NCBI GenBank assembly: GCA_045656225.1
Contig: JAZOQU010000024.1
Span: 5,790-69,789 of the forward strand
Length of the DNA stretch: 64,000 bases
Direction of reading: 5' to 3'
Origin: Kiritimatiellia bacterium
GTDB taxonomy: Bacteria > Verrucomicrobiota > Kiritimatiellia > RFP12 > UBA1067
This document shows, piece by piece, positions 11,090 to 22,036 of the stretch (positions are counted from its first letter, which is position 1; every line of letters starts with the position of its first letter). The notes beneath the pieces are model-generated. The model made no database searches, had not been told where the DNA came from, and worked only from the letters and a program-made list of their open reading frames with translations. The translations under genes and the position numbers were made by a program.

Positions 11090-11117
11090 AATTTTCCCGC
11101 ATAAATGAAATAGGATT

Positions 11118-11126
11118 TGCTATAAT
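11118..11126 (+). promoter_or_regulatory. Extended -10 box TGCTATAAT for the EamA-family gene (near-leaderless)
   Basis: The hexamer ends at 11126 and the ATG is at 11137. Predicted +1 is ~11133-11135. Confidence 0.4.
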
Positions 11127-11136
11127 TAATTGTGAC

Positions 11137-12018
11137 ATGTCCAACCACACGAAAGGCGTAATATCCATAATTTTCAGCGCATTTGGCTTCGCCATAATGG
11201 CCATGTTCGTCCGTTTGTGCGACGACTACGGCGATGAGGTTTCAAGTCTGCAAAAAAGCTTCTTTCGCAATATCATCGCATTCACCGTCGCTGCGGTCGT
11301 TTACGCACGCTCCCGCACAACGAAAACGGCAGATGCGACACCACGGCCGCTCGACACGAAAGCTCTCACCATCCTTCTTGTGAGGTGCGTCGCGGGGTGC
11401 ATCGGGATTTTTGCGAACTTCTACGCCCTGTCAAAAATTCCGATTGCCGAGGCGATGACGCTGAACAAAACCGCACCGTTCTTCACAATCGTTTTTTCAT
11501 GGATGTTTCTGAAAGAGACCCCCAATCTCCGTCAGCTCCTCGCCATTTTTATCGCCTTCTCCGGAGTGATGCTTGTGGTGAAGCCCGGATTCACGGCAAA
11601 CGACATGCTCGCATCATGCTGTGCGCTTGCCGGAGGGCTCGGAGCCGGCATCGCCTACACATGCGTACGGGAGCTCGGCGTGAGGAAAATCAACACCGCT
11701 TTCATTGTCCTTTTCTTCAGCGCTTTTTCATCGCTTGCGTCAATTCCATTCATGATCAACAGCTTCAGCCCCATGTCACTCCCCCAAACAATTATACTGC
11801 TCGGCGCGGGCGCAGGCGCCGCAATCGGTCAATTCGGCGTCACGACAGCCTATCGTTTCGCTCCTCCCCGCCGAATTGCCGTTTACGATTACACTAACAT
11901 AATTTTCACCGCCGCGCTCGGATATCTCGCCTTCGGACAGATTCCTGACACAATTTCAACCGCCGGATTCATAGCCATAATCGCCGCCGCAATATTGACC
12001 AATGCCGGCAAAAAATGA
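11137..12018 (+). CDS. EamA/DMT-family transporter
   Basis: 293 aa with ~10 predicted TM helices and a duplicated EamA-like architecture. Confidence 0.85.
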   Translation: MSNHTKGVISIIFSAFGFAIMAMFVRLCDDYGDEVSSLQKSFFRNIIAFTVAAVVYARSRTTKTADATPRPLDTKALTILLVRCVAGCIGIFANFYALSKIPIAEAMTLNKTAPFFTIVFSWMFLKETPNLRQLLAIFIAFSGVMLVVKPGFTANDMLASCCALAGGLGAGIAYTCVRELGVRKINTAFIVLFFSAFSSLASIPFMINSFSPMSLPQTIILLGAGAGAAIGQFGVTTAYRFAPPRRIAVYDYTNIIFTAALGYLAFGQIPDTISTAGFIAIIAAAILTNAGKK

Positions 12019-12038
12019 ATCCGGCAGAATCCCTATGC

Positions 12039-12707
12039 TCAAAAACCTCCCGCTATGGAGGAGAATTCCATTCTTTTTAATGTAAAAGGATGGACAAAAA
12101 TGATTGATGCGGAATGAAGAAACATGCGGGAAGCCTTTCTGCCGCCGTACTTAACGTCACCGACGACCGGATGTCCCGCCTCCGAAAAATGTACGCGAAT
12201 CTGGTTTTTGCGCCCGCTTTTAAGCTTCACTTCAACAAGTGATACGCCCTTGGAAAATGAAATAACGCGCCACTCGGTCACAGCCCTTTTAGCGCCTTTC
12301 GTTCCCTCGGGGACGGACCGCACCCTGTACCCGTCGGAGTCTTCCTTCAGGTATGAATCAAAAACGCCCTCCCCGGAATCAAGACGCCCTTCCACGCGGG
12401 CGAGATAAATCTTTTCAGTGAGACTGTTCCAATCGGACCTGAAATATTCGGCAACCTCTTCAGACTTGGCGAAAATCATGACCCCGCTCGTCTCCCTGTC
12501 AAGACGGTGGACGAGCCAAACCCGTTTACGGCTTTTCGCCTGACCCTTGCGAACATAGGCGTTCAGATAATTCTCGGCCGTCGCCTGGGCTTCCCGCGCC
12601 GAACGCCCGTAAAGTTTCGTGTGAACGGTCAAAAGCCCCGCCGGCTTATCGATTACGATAACATCCTTGTCCTCATGAAGAATCTTAAAAGGGAGACGCT
12701 CTTTCAT
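12039..12707 (-). CDS. RluA-family pseudouridine synthase
   Basis: HRLDRETSGVMIFAK catalytic-Asp motif. The 222-aa size is typical of RluA-type enzymes. Confidence 0.85.
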   Translation of the reverse strand: MKERLPFKILHEDKDVIVIDKPAGLLTVHTKLYGRSAREAQATAENYLNAYVRKGQAKSRKRVWLVHRLDRETSGVMIFAKSEEVAEYFRSDWNSLTEKIYLARVEGRLDSGEGVFDSYLKEDSDGYRVRSVPEGTKGAKRAVTEWRVISFSKGVSLVEVKLKSGRKNQIRVHFSEAGHPVVGDVKYGGRKASRMFLHSASIIFVHPFTLKRMEFSSIAGGF

Positions 12708-12718
12708 GATGCGGTGAA

Positions 12719-14416
12719 TCAGCAGTTTACGGATAGGATTTTAAGTTCGACATGCTTCTCGCCGTATGTTGAAATCGCGGCTTTAAACATAACGTCGCAG
12801 GGAAGATGCGCTCTCGATCTAAGGCTTTCTATTTTAGAGCCTTTATTCCACCAGACCGCGCGCAGGCCGCCCGGAAACGCAAGCTGAAGATGGCGGCCAT
12901 CATTCCCCATTACGCGCACGTCTGAAAAATAGACGTTTTTAAAAGCGAATACGGGTTCTGGATTTTCTTCTCCGAAAGGCTCCATGCGCATAAGCGAATC
13001 GACGAACTCGACCGTCATATCGCCAGGGGTCACCCACGCGTCAATCAGAATTTCACCGTCTTCGCCCTTCGCCGACGCTTCAGCCTGCGAACGGCAGGCG
13101 CTCGTGAAAAGCGACCTGAAATATTCAACGCAACCCGCCTTAACCGAAAAACCGGCAGCGGCGGCATGACCGCCGAAGCGCGAAAGTGCGTCAGAAGACG
13201 CCGTAAGAGCATCTCGCACGTTATACCCTTCCGGCGCCCGGGCAGATCCGTGATCGCCGACGAGAACGGCGACGGGAACCGCGAACGAAGGCGATTCGTC
13301 TGAAATTTTTTCAAGGACTCTCGCCGCGACAACGCCGGCGACGCCCTGATGCCCGTCTGGAAGAACGACAACCTGGGCAGATGCACCCTTCTTTATCTGA
13401 ACAAGCGCCGAATCGACCATATCCTGTTCGACGCTCTTACGCTCCATATTGCGCAGATCAACCTGACGGGCAAGCTCACGCGCCTCTTCGCGGTCTTTCG
13501 ACAGTACGAGGCGCAACGCCTCTGAACCGTCAGACATCCGCCCCGATGCGTTTATCCTGGGACCGATGGCATATCCGAAATCGCGCGATGTCATGGCGGT
13601 GACACCCGGACGGCAGACCCGCAGAAAAAGTTCCTTAAGCCCTACGGGAGCGTATTTCTGAAAAAGCTTCAACGCCTCAAAAACGAGAATTCGGTTCTGA
13701 TACTTTAAAGGCATTATGTCCGTTATCGTCGCCAACCCCGCCAGAACGATCAGCGGCCCCGCGACGGAACCGCCGTCGTAAAGCCCCGCCTCGCGGAACC
13801 TGACGATAAGCGCATTCGCGAGCATAAAAGCGACACCTGCGCCGCAGAGCCCGGAAAGCTCCTCCGGAGAGCGGACTTTCGGATTTACCACCGGACAATC
13901 CGGCAGCTCTTCGCCGGGAAGATGATGATCGGTAACTACGACATCAATACCCTTCGATTTTAAAAACGCCGTCTCGGCGACAGAGTTGATGCCGTTATCG
14001 ACCGTGATGACGAACTTCACGTCGGGATGTTCCTTCAAAAGCCTTTCGACGGTTTTTGAGTTAAGTCCGTAACCTTCCTCCATACGTTTGGGAAGAAACG
14101 GGCAGACGTCAAACTCTAAAATCTCAAGCGTCTTTACCAGGATCGCCGTGGCGCAGATGCCGTCACAGTCGTAATCGCCGAGGATCACGGTTTTCTTATT
14201 TTCACGTTTCGCCGCCATGACGGCTAAGACGGCCTCGTCGATTCCGGGAAGCCGCCCCGGTGGAAGAAGATTCTTATGGGATGGATTGAAAAACGCTTCA
14301 AGCGTATCGGCCGATACGCCTCGCAAAGCAAGAAGTCTGGCCATGAGCGGGCTTTCACCCGCTCTGACTATAGAAGCTACTTCAGCTTCGGAAACTTCTC
14401 TTTCTTTCCAGGCCAT
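12719..14416 (-). CDS. recJ: Single-stranded-DNA-specific exonuclease RecJ
   Basis: DHH motifs GDYDCDGICATAIL, ITVDNGI and VVVTDHHLPG. The track start at 14425 is a TTG; the first ATG is at 14416. Confidence 0.9.
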   Translation of the reverse strand: MAWKEREVSEAEVASIVRAGESPLMARLLALRGVSADTLEAFFNPSHKNLLPPGRLPGIDEAVLAVMAAKRENKKTVILGDYDCDGICATAILVKTLEILEFDVCPFLPKRMEEGYGLNSKTVERLLKEHPDVKFVITVDNGINSVAETAFLKSKGIDVVVTDHHLPGEELPDCPVVNPKVRSPEELSGLCGAGVAFMLANALIVRFREAGLYDGGSVAGPLIVLAGLATITDIMPLKYQNRILVFEALKLFQKYAPVGLKELFLRVCRPGVTAMTSRDFGYAIGPRINASGRMSDGSEALRLVLSKDREEARELARQVDLRNMERKSVEQDMVDSALVQIKKGASAQVVVLPDGHQGVAGVVAARVLEKISDESPSFAVPVAVLVGDHGSARAPEGYNVRDALTASSDALSRFGGHAAAAGFSVKAGCVEYFRSLFTSACRSQAEASAKGEDGEILIDAWVTPGDMTVEFVDSLMRMEPFGEENPEPVFAFKNVYFSDVRVMGNDGRHLQLAFPGGLRAVWWNKGSKIESLRSRAHLPCDVMFKAAISTYGEKHVELKILSVNC

Positions 14417-14433
14417 CCCAGACAATCAGTTCA

Positions 14434-15465
14434 TTACGCGTCGATTTTAACCTCGTGGCACCAGCCGTGAGTATCTTCTAAAAGACCGTACTGAATACCC
14501 TGGACGGTATCGTAAAGCTTCTGAAGATGTTCACCTACAACATCCTTGTCGGAAATCTTGATAACATCCTCGCCGCGTGTGATCTCCCAGACGGGAGTAA
14601 TCACGACGGCTGTTCCGCACGCGGCCACTTCGGCGAATTCGCGAATCTCCTCGTAAGGAACAGGACGGCACTCGACCTTCCAGCCGAGGTCCGCCGCGCA
14701 TTCCTTAAGCGACATGTTCGTAATGGACGGAAGAATGGAGTTGCTGTCGGGAGTAACGTACGTTCCGTCCCTGGTGATACCTATGAAGTTAGAAGTTGAA
14801 AACTCCTCGACGTACTTGTGGGTCTTCGCGTCGAGATAAAGCTCTACGGGCCAGCCGTCGTGCTTCGCCTTCTCGTGGGCGTAAAGCGACGCGGCATAGT
14901 TTCCTCCGACCTTCACATCGCCCATGCCGTTAGGGGCGGCGCGGTCCCAATCGTCGAGAATGACGGCTCTGACGGGCTTAAGCCCGCCCTTGTAGTAGGC
15001 ACCTACCGGCATCACCATTACCATAAAGGTGTACTCCTTGGCGGGAGCGACGCCGATCTGGGGACCCGTGCCGATAAGCAAGGGTCTCAGATAAAGAGAT
15101 CCGCCCGTACCGTACGGAGGAACATACTCTTCATTAGCGCGTACGACCTTGTCGACCGCGTCGATGAACATATCTACAGGAATGGGCGGCATCACGCAGC
15201 GCTCCGCCGTTTTGTACATGCGCTTGGCGTTTTCCTCCGGGCGGAAAATCACAATCTTGCCGTCCTTCTGGCGGAAAGCCTTCATTCCTTCAAAGCACTC
15301 CTGACCGTAATGAAGGCAGCTCGCGCCGATGTGCATCGTGATTTCGGGTTTCTTCACAAACTCCCCTTCCGACCACGCGCCGTCTTTCCACGTGTAGCGG
15401 ATGTGGCAGTTGACCTCTGAAAAACCGAAGCCCAAACTGGCCCAGTCTATATCTGTTCTTGGCAT
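14434..15465 (-). CDS. ilvE: Branched-chain amino acid aminotransferase
   Basis: 343 aa, class-IV aminotransferase-like throughout (..ECFEGMKAF.., ..GGNYAASL..). The ATG is 1 nt after the upstream stop. Confidence 0.9.
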   Translation of the reverse strand: MPRTDIDWASLGFGFSEVNCHIRYTWKDGAWSEGEFVKKPEITMHIGASCLHYGQECFEGMKAFRQKDGKIVIFRPEENAKRMYKTAERCVMPPIPVDMFIDAVDKVVRANEEYVPPYGTGGSLYLRPLLIGTGPQIGVAPAKEYTFMVMVMPVGAYYKGGLKPVRAVILDDWDRAAPNGMGDVKVGGNYAASLYAHEKAKHDGWPVELYLDAKTHKYVEEFSTSNFIGITRDGTYVTPDSNSILPSITNMSLKECAADLGWKVECRPVPYEEIREFAEVAACGTAVVITPVWEITRGEDVIKISDKDVVGEHLQKLYDTVQGIQYGLLEDTHGWCHEVKIDA

Positions 15466-15466
15466 A

Positions 15467-18400
15467 TCATCTCCTTTGTTGTTCTGATATTTTTATTAAA
15501 TCGTCCATTATGCTTTTAAGAACCGCGTCACGCTGACACTCCATACGGCTTACGTTAGGATTGAGCGTATATGCGGTATAAAGCGACTGGATCGCGTTCT
15601 CGCGCTGTTTGGCGGCATTTTGGCATCTGGCAAGTTTGAGCCATAATCTGCAATCCTGGCTTTTGCGCGGAAGGCTGTTTACATACTGACTTATCAGCGC
15701 CGCGGCGGTCTGCGGATCGCGGGATGCCGCGTAATCGAAATATTTATAGGCGGCGGCGTGATACTGAGATCCTCTGTGATGCGCAAGAACCGACCATTCA
15801 AGGAAAAGACGCGGGTCCGGATTTGAGGAGAGCGACGAATAGGCTTCGAGCAGACGCCATGACACGTCGATATTCCCGGCGGAAAGCATGACCGTGATCG
15901 CAAGATGCAGCTTGGACTCGTCTTTTTTGTCGAGGACATAATTGACAAGCTGTGACATCATCTTGACGGCGTCTTCGCGGCGACCAAGCAGAAAATACGA
16001 CTCGGCCAACGCGAACGCATCATCGAAAGACTGAGAACCGCTGCGGAACCTTGCCTCGATTTCTTTAACCACCTCGACATTGTGCAGATATTTTTTAATC
16101 CTGTCCGTTCTAACGTTATTGGGATCAATGTCATCGGTATAAGACATCAGTTCACCGATCACATCAAGCCTCTGCTCGGGGAAAAGGATTTCGCTGACAT
16201 ATCTGAATGTCGCCTCGGGCGAAGCGGGATAAAGCAGATGCGCCTCCCTGAATGCCTGCGCAGCCTCCTGATATTGATACTGCTGACGGTAAAGGCCCGC
16301 GATGGACGCCCTCAGCTTTGAAAAGCTCTTCTGTGCGGCGAAATCACGGCGGTACATCGGATCATTAATCAGCCTTCTCATGTACCAGTCCCAGAAATCG
16401 CCGTCTCTGCGGGCAAGGCTTGGGTCATACGCGGTCTTGTCGGCGTTGATCTTCATTATGAGACCGTGCGGCGACAGATACGGATACATCCAGGGCATCG
16501 CATAACTCTCTTCGATATAGAACGCATGATATTTTCTGTCGTGCTCGTGCATCATCTTGGCGAGCTCGGCGTTTATCTCCATAACCTCCAAAGCGCCCGT
16601 GACCTGAAGCCTCCCGTTTGTCGAGCTGAGCCCCTTGCGGTCGGCGTATCTCTGGAATGCGATCGCGCTGTCCTCTTCGGACGGTATCCAGATTTCGTCG
16701 CCGTAGAGATCGCGCTCGACAGCCATATACGTTCCGTCGGCAAGAGCGTTCTGGGTTATGAGATAGATGTCAGACCTGAAGTTCGCGCCGTAGATCATAT
16801 ACGTCGGGACGAAACGCCCCGGATCTGTTCCTCCGAAGAAAATCGAATACGGCTCCATCGGCGGCGGATAATCGGGATCCGGAAGCGGCTCTTCGTCCGC
16901 GGTGATCTGCGAACGGATCGCGCCGGCGCCGTCGAGCTGATACGCGCCGAACTGCCAACCGAAAGTGTGGCCGTTCTGTTCCGAGCCTCCAAGCTTGAAA
17001 ACGAGCTCGTCGTCGGTGTAATTCTGAACCACCGGCGTCACGCCTGCACCGAGAATCATCGCCAGGACGAGAATCGCGACAACCGTTTTAAGAAGAAAAC
17101 CCTTCACTCCGCTTCTTTTATGAAGAATGAAAACGACCGCCGCGAGAATGACCAGTCCGTAACCGATCCACATCGCGATCATGGCGTGAGACGATATAAA
17201 TTTCACCTTTTGAATAAACCCGTCCTGAATATCACCCTTGACCTGGGCGAGAAGTATGAGCGGAAGAGTCATCATAAAGAAACATGCGCCCGATGCGAGA
17301 AGCCAATGCTGGGACAGGTTGGCGGACTGGAATGACAAGGCCGCCGAAGAGGACGATTTCGCAAAACGCTTTCGCAGCATAAACGGCACAAGCGATACCA
17401 CCGCAGCAAAAACGGAAATCATCAACAACAGCCAGAAGAACACTTTCGCGCTATGCGCCGCCATGGACACATGGAGAGAAACTGCAAAAGCGTCAAGAAG
17501 CAGCACTCCACAGACGGCGAGGACAAGGAACCGTTTTTCGCGGATCTGCACTTTCAAAAAGCGGTAAAAAGCAGTAGCGGGGCGCATGACCAACTGACGG
17601 AAAACTATGATCAGAACGCCTATACCGGCAGGAATCGCCATAACCGCAATAAGCCACCTGTCGAACGCAAGCATTCCCGGCGACGTGCCGATGCCGCACA
17701 TAAGCAGCACCGCACGGACGGCAAGCAAGGCTGCAAGAACCGCACAGACCCAGAGAACATTAAACGACATTCTGCCGCCCGATCGGCGAAACACTACTTT
17801 CCAGCAGGACAGAGGCAACAAAGCAAGCAGAGCGATGAAGTCTGTAAATTGAATTTTAACCTCTGAAAAATAATGGGTCATCTGAATCTTTATCTGAGCC
17901 CAGAATTCTTTGAAACTGCCGAACTCGGGCATTGTTATCGCTTCATACTGACCGCGGGTGATGGCATGTTTAAAGCCGTCCCATGTTCTCGGATATCCCC
18001 AGTTCATGGGAGGATTGCGAAGTTCCGAAACTATCGGCATGTAAGCGTAGAAAGAAACGCCGAGCTGGGTGAAGAAAGCCGAGAGAGCAACCGTTCTGCC
18101 GTTGGGGAGAATCGACCATGCAAGAGCGAGAACAATAAAATTCCAGGCGACCGGCCACCAGAACCACCAGCTTGACGGATGCGTAAGGCCGTTAATGGCG
18201 CCGCGCTCGAGAAGTGCGAACAGAACGATATGGAAGCCCGCGACCGGAATAAAATAGGCAAGACCATTCTTAACCAAATGAGAAACCGCCAAGAAAGCGA
18301 CTATAACGGCATAAAAATAGAATTTGGAACTTCTCCAGTCGAACGCCTCTCCGGCATATCCGTTTGCATCGGCGAAGTCGACGGAAAAGAAGACGACTTG

Positions 18401-19621
18401 CAGGGCCATAAACACGCAACACGCGGAGACGGCGAGAAAAACATGGTAAAGCATAGGTTTCTCATCCCTCTTTACAACCGCGAATACGGCAGAAAGGACG
18501 CTTGCGATCACAAAAAAGGCCGCAAAAAGATATATCCTCGGATTAACGAGCGGTGCGGTTATGTCCGCCGCCCCCTTTTCTCCGGTCATAAAATCAATTT
18601 TATCGACAACCCAACTGACATCTGATGACAAAAATCCGATCCCGGCCAAAAAAAGAAGAATTAAAGAGAGAGCCGAAAAAACGTAAAAAGATATCCTGCC
18701 CGAAGAACTGTACTTCCGGGACACATCCGAGGATTGCGCCTTCTTAATCATATACACGCCGAAAAGAAGCGCGACCACGGCGCAAATTATGGCGGAAACG
18801 ATAATGACGGTCGAAGGACACGAATCAACCGCCTTTAGCGCATCATGTTTGTTGATGACGTCGCTTTGCATGTACCTGTTGGCTTGAGGCATCTCACCAA
18901 TCTTTAAAACCTGATAGGTAAGCGCAACAGGGAAGAAATACAATACGAAGTCCCGGAAGAGGCTGAAATTCTTAAGGCAGATCATAATTCCTATCGGAAC
19001 GATCGCAAAAAGCAAAACCTGATAGTTCGTCAGACCCAATCCGAATACGAAAGCCGTAAACCACAGCGTTTTGTCGGACGGCCGGCACATCCACTTGTAC
19101 GAAAGCAGAAACACGAGCATCAGAAACAGCGAGTTGAGCGAATATATCTCGACGATCGTCGATTGGGACCATTCGACCGGAGAAAAGGCAAACGCCAGAG
19201 CGCCTCCCACACCGCCGGCAAAAGAAAACCAGTCCGCGGACCTGGAGTCCTTATCCGAAAAAAGAGAATCGCTTTTCCTGTTGAAAATAAAATCAGCGGA
19301 ACTGCGACTTATCAGCATAGCCGTACAACCGGCGGCCAAGGCCCCGAAAACCGCCGAGCAGCAACTGACGGCCCACGCTGGATTCGGATGCCCCATATAC
19401 GTGACAAAGGAGAATATCTTGCAGAAAATCCATGTGCAGAAAGTCCAGAACGGATATCCCGGAGGATGGGGGACGCCGAGGTGGGCGCTCGCCGTCGCCA
19501 GTTCGCCGGAATCCTCAAGACCTACGGAAGGACCGAGTGTGTAGAAATAAACCCCGAAGGAGACAAGCGTGGCGACCCAGAATGCAGCCCAGTCAAACTT
19601 AGTAAAGAAATTTTTTTTCAT
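15467..19621 (-). CDS. DUF2723 (TMEM260-like, GT-C-type) polytopic membrane protein with C-terminal TPR-like region, 1384 aa
   Basis: The N-terminus ..YFYTLGPSVGLEDSGELATASAHLGVPHPPGYPFWT.. is typical of DUF2723. More than 20 hydrophobic helices follow. The last ~350 aa are helical-repeat/TPR-like. The ATG at 19621 lies 7 nt after the tadB/C-like stop. Confidence 0.8.
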   Translation of the reverse strand: MKKNFFTKFDWAAFWVATLVSFGVYFYTLGPSVGLEDSGELATASAHLGVPHPPGYPFWTFCTWIFCKIFSFVTYMGHPNPAWAVSCCSAVFGALAAGCTAMLISRSSADFIFNRKSDSLFSDKDSRSADWFSFAGGVGGALAFAFSPVEWSQSTIVEIYSLNSLFLMLVFLLSYKWMCRPSDKTLWFTAFVFGLGLTNYQVLLFAIVPIGIMICLKNFSLFRDFVLYFFPVALTYQVLKIGEMPQANRYMQSDVINKHDALKAVDSCPSTVIIVSAIICAVVALLFGVYMIKKAQSSDVSRKYSSSGRISFYVFSALSLILLFLAGIGFLSSDVSWVVDKIDFMTGEKGAADITAPLVNPRIYLFAAFFVIASVLSAVFAVVKRDEKPMLYHVFLAVSACCVFMALQVVFFSVDFADANGYAGEAFDWRSSKFYFYAVIVAFLAVSHLVKNGLAYFIPVAGFHIVLFALLERGAINGLTHPSSWWFWWPVAWNFIVLALAWSILPNGRTVALSAFFTQLGVSFYAYMPIVSELRNPPMNWGYPRTWDGFKHAITRGQYEAITMPEFGSFKEFWAQIKIQMTHYFSEVKIQFTDFIALLALLPLSCWKVVFRRSGGRMSFNVLWVCAVLAALLAVRAVLLMCGIGTSPGMLAFDRWLIAVMAIPAGIGVLIIVFRQLVMRPATAFYRFLKVQIREKRFLVLAVCGVLLLDAFAVSLHVSMAAHSAKVFFWLLLMISVFAAVVSLVPFMLRKRFAKSSSSAALSFQSANLSQHWLLASGACFFMMTLPLILLAQVKGDIQDGFIQKVKFISSHAMIAMWIGYGLVILAAVVFILHKRSGVKGFLLKTVVAILVLAMILGAGVTPVVQNYTDDELVFKLGGSEQNGHTFGWQFGAYQLDGAGAIRSQITADEEPLPDPDYPPPMEPYSIFFGGTDPGRFVPTYMIYGANFRSDIYLITQNALADGTYMAVERDLYGDEIWIPSEEDSAIAFQRYADRKGLSSTNGRLQVTGALEVMEINAELAKMMHEHDRKYHAFYIEESYAMPWMYPYLSPHGLIMKINADKTAYDPSLARRDGDFWDWYMRRLINDPMYRRDFAAQKSFSKLRASIAGLYRQQYQYQEAAQAFREAHLLYPASPEATFRYVSEILFPEQRLDVIGELMSYTDDIDPNNVRTDRIKKYLHNVEVVKEIEARFRSGSQSFDDAFALAESYFLLGRREDAVKMMSQLVNYVLDKKDESKLHLAITVMLSAGNIDVSWRLLEAYSSLSSNPDPRLFLEWSVLAHHRGSQYHAAAYKYFDYAASRDPQTAAALISQYVNSLPRKSQDCRLWLKLARCQNAAKQRENAIQSLYTAYTLNPNVSRMECQRDAVLKSIMDDLIKISEQQRR

Positions 19622-19628
19622 GTATTTG

Positions 19629-20306
19629 TCAAACGTCGATTTTTGTAATTTTTCTTATCACCAACCATCCGGCCGTTATCAGCAGAACAACAACTAAACA
19701 GGAAACGATGCCGGTAAAACTGCAAAGGAAAGGAATCATCATTTCAGGCTTCATGATCACCATGGCGATCCCTAAAAGAAACGGCATGGCTGAAACGAGA
19801 ATACCCTGCATGCGCCCCTGGGCGGTCAACGTTTTGACCTTGCGTTCTATTTTCATTCTTCCGCGGATGGTTTCCGAAATCTTATCGAAGATCTCCGTAA
19901 CGTTGCCGCCGGTCTTGCGGCTGATGAGAATCGCCGTTGTGACAAGCGTCAAATCGTCAGAGCCGACGCGGTCGGACATGGACTGGAGCGCCGCCTCGAA
20001 GGTCATTCCGATTCTGAGCTGCTGCTGAAGAATCGCGAACTCCTCACTCATGGGTTTTTCACCCTGGCTGACGACGGAATCAAACGCCTGAGAGATTGAA
20101 AATCCCGCTCTGAGCGCGTTTGACATCGTGGCGAGAGCTTCCGGTAGCTGTTCATTGAATTTGCGCCGGCGCCGGTTGTCAAGCCATCTGGCGATCGGCC
20201 CCTGGCCGTTCTGCCATCCCTGCTTGACTTTGATTCCCGCGAGAAAATACCACACAATCCCGCCGATAGAGACACCGAAAAGAATTACAGACAACCACAC
20301 TTCCAT
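19629..20306 (-). CDS. Tad/Flp pilus platform protein (single T2SSF domain, TadB/TadC-like)
   Basis: 225 aa with an N-terminal TM, then ..LPEALATMSNALRAGFSISQAF..ILISRKTGGNVTEIFDKISETIRGR.. and C-terminal TMs. Confidence 0.8.
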   Translation of the reverse strand: MEVWLSVILFGVSIGGIVWYFLAGIKVKQGWQNGQGPIARWLDNRRRRKFNEQLPEALATMSNALRAGFSISQAFDSVVSQGEKPMSEEFAILQQQLRIGMTFEAALQSMSDRVGSDDLTLVTTAILISRKTGGNVTEIFDKISETIRGRMKIERKVKTLTAQGRMQGILVSAMPFLLGIAMVIMKPEMMIPFLCSFTGIVSCLVVVLLITAGWLVIRKITKIDV

Positions 20307-20320
20307 AAATCCGCCTTTCG

Positions 20321-22018
20321 TCAGCCCCTGTACGTTATACTCACATCGGCATCGGAAGCAGGGTCAAACATACGCGTATCGACTTTAACACCCCGCCCGG
20401 CGAGCTGATCGAGCCAGGTCGGGATAGCCCCGGTAGGCTTAAATTCGCCAAGCACCTTGCCGTTCTCGCCCACCCCCGTCTGATTGAAGGCGAAGATGTC
20501 CTGCATCACGATCTGATTGCCTTCAAGTCCGGTAACCTCGGTTATGGCAACGACCTTGCGCGAGCCGTCCGAAAGACGCGACTCGTGAATGATGATGTCC
20601 ACCGCGCTCGCGATCTGTTCGCGGATAGCCTTCGACGGGAGTTCCATGCCGCTCATCATAACCATCGTCTCAAGACGCGAAATGACGTCACGCGGCGAGT
20701 TGGCGTGGACGGTCGTGAGAGAGCCGTCGTGACCGGTGTTCATCGCCTGAAGCATGTCAAGAGCTTCGCCGGAACGGCATTCGCCCACGATAATGCGGTC
20801 GGGACGCATTCTCAGACAGTTCTTCACGAGGTCGCGGATCGTCACCGCGCCCTTGCCCTCGATGTTCGGCGGCCTCGCCTCGAGACGGACTACATGAGGC
20901 TGCTGAAGCCTCAGTTCGGCCGCGTCTTCAACCGTGACGATACGTTCCGTCCGCGGAATATATCCGGAAAGAAGATTCAAAAGAGTCGTTTTGCCCGAGC
21001 CCGTGCCGCCGGCGACGATGATGTTTTTTCTGAGCGTCACGCAAAGCTTCATAAACTCCGCCGCGTTGTGCGTCCAGGTTCCGAATCTGATGAAATCCTC
21101 GGGCGTAAGAGCGCTCTTGGAGAATTTTCGGATCGTGATGGTCGGCCCCGAAAGCGCTAAAGGCGCGATGATCGCGTTGACGCGGCTGCCGTCGGCGAGA
21201 CGCGCGTCGACATACGGCTGCGACTCGTCGATACGGCGGCCGAGAGGAGAGACGATGCGTTCAATTACCGCAAGAACGCTCGCATCGTCGGTAAACTGAC
21301 AATCGGAGAGCACGAGCTTTCCTTTACGCTCAACATACACCTTGCGAGGGCCGTTGACCATGATTTCGCTGACGGAATCGTCGGCAAGAAGTTCTTCAAG
21401 CGGGCCTAAGCGCATCGCCTCGTTGAAGACGTCGTCCTCGAGACGGACGGTGTCGATGCCGTCAGGAAGACGTCCGTTGGAAACGACCTCGTCGATGATC
21501 TGACGGATCTTCACCCTCGCGGTATCCTCAAGCCCTTCACGGTCCACGCCGTCAAGAGTGAGCCGTTTCATATCCATACGCTTAAGAAGCTCGTTCTGTA
21601 TCTGCTCCTGGACATTGCGCCTCAACTCACGCATGGGATCGGATTCAGCCTCTTCAAACTCCGGAGTTTCAACATCCTGAACGGCCTCTTCCTCTTGCGC
21701 ATCTCCCGAAAAAACATCGTCGACGGCATTTTCGGCATCGGAAACCCGAAATATATCGTCTCCCACCTGAACGACCATATCGCCGGTCAGCAACACCGCT
21801 CCGTCGACCGGCGCGCCGTTGACGTATGTGCCGTTTGCGCTATTGAGGTCTTCAAGGACCGCTTTGCCGTCCCTGACGGTCAAAACGGCGTGGCGCTCGC
21901 TGACGGAAGGATGCGTAAAACGTATACGGCAGTTTTCGCCGCGCCCGATTATCCATGTTCCATCAAAAAGTTCGCGCTTCTCGGGAAACCCATTCACCAC
22001 GGTGGTCAAATAAAGCAT
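20321..22018 (-). CDS. cpaF: FHA-domain fused to a CpaF/TadA-type secretion ATPase
   Basis: N-terminal FHA domain ([47 protein letters not shown]), then an acidic linker, then a CpaF-like core with Walker [17 protein letters not shown] and ..[33 protein letters not shown]... Confidence 0.9.
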   Translation of the reverse strand: MLYLTTVVNGFPEKRELFDGTWIIGRGENCRIRFTHPSVSERHAVLTVRDGKAVLEDLNSANGTYVNGAPVDGAVLLTGDMVVQVGDDIFRVSDAENAVDDVFSGDAQEEEAVQDVETPEFEEAESDPMRELRRNVQEQIQNELLKRMDMKRLTLDGVDREGLEDTARVKIRQIIDEVVSNGRLPDGIDTVRLEDDVFNEAMRLGPLEELLADDSVSEIMVNGPRKVYVERKGKLVLSDCQFTDDASVLAVIERIVSPLGRRIDESQPYVDARLADGSRVNAIIAPLALSGPTITIRKFSKSALTPEDFIRFGTWTHNAAEFMKLCVTLRKNIIVAGGTGSGKTTLLNLLSGYIPRTERIVTVEDAAELRLQQPHVVRLEARPPNIEGKGAVTIRDLVKNCLRMRPDRIIVGECRSGEALDMLQAMNTGHDGSLTTVHANSPRDVISRLETMVMMSGMELPSKAIREQIASAVDIIIHESRLSDGSRKVVAITEVTGLEGNQIVMQDIFAFNQTGVGENGKVLGEFKPTGAIPTWLDQLAGRGVKVDTRMFDPASDADVSITYRG

Positions 22019-22036
22019 GGCCGACGCCCCTCAGAT

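Noticed and set aside
19611-19618. Homopolymeric T8 (A8 on the coding strand) right after the DUF2723 start codon, and A6 tracts after most pseudopilin and flp start codons, considered as slipped-strand phase-variation sites
   Set aside because: They are Lys codons of MKK.. N-termini, and the tracts are short (6-8 nt). There is nothing in the sequence to suggest on/off switching. Population sequencing would be needed.
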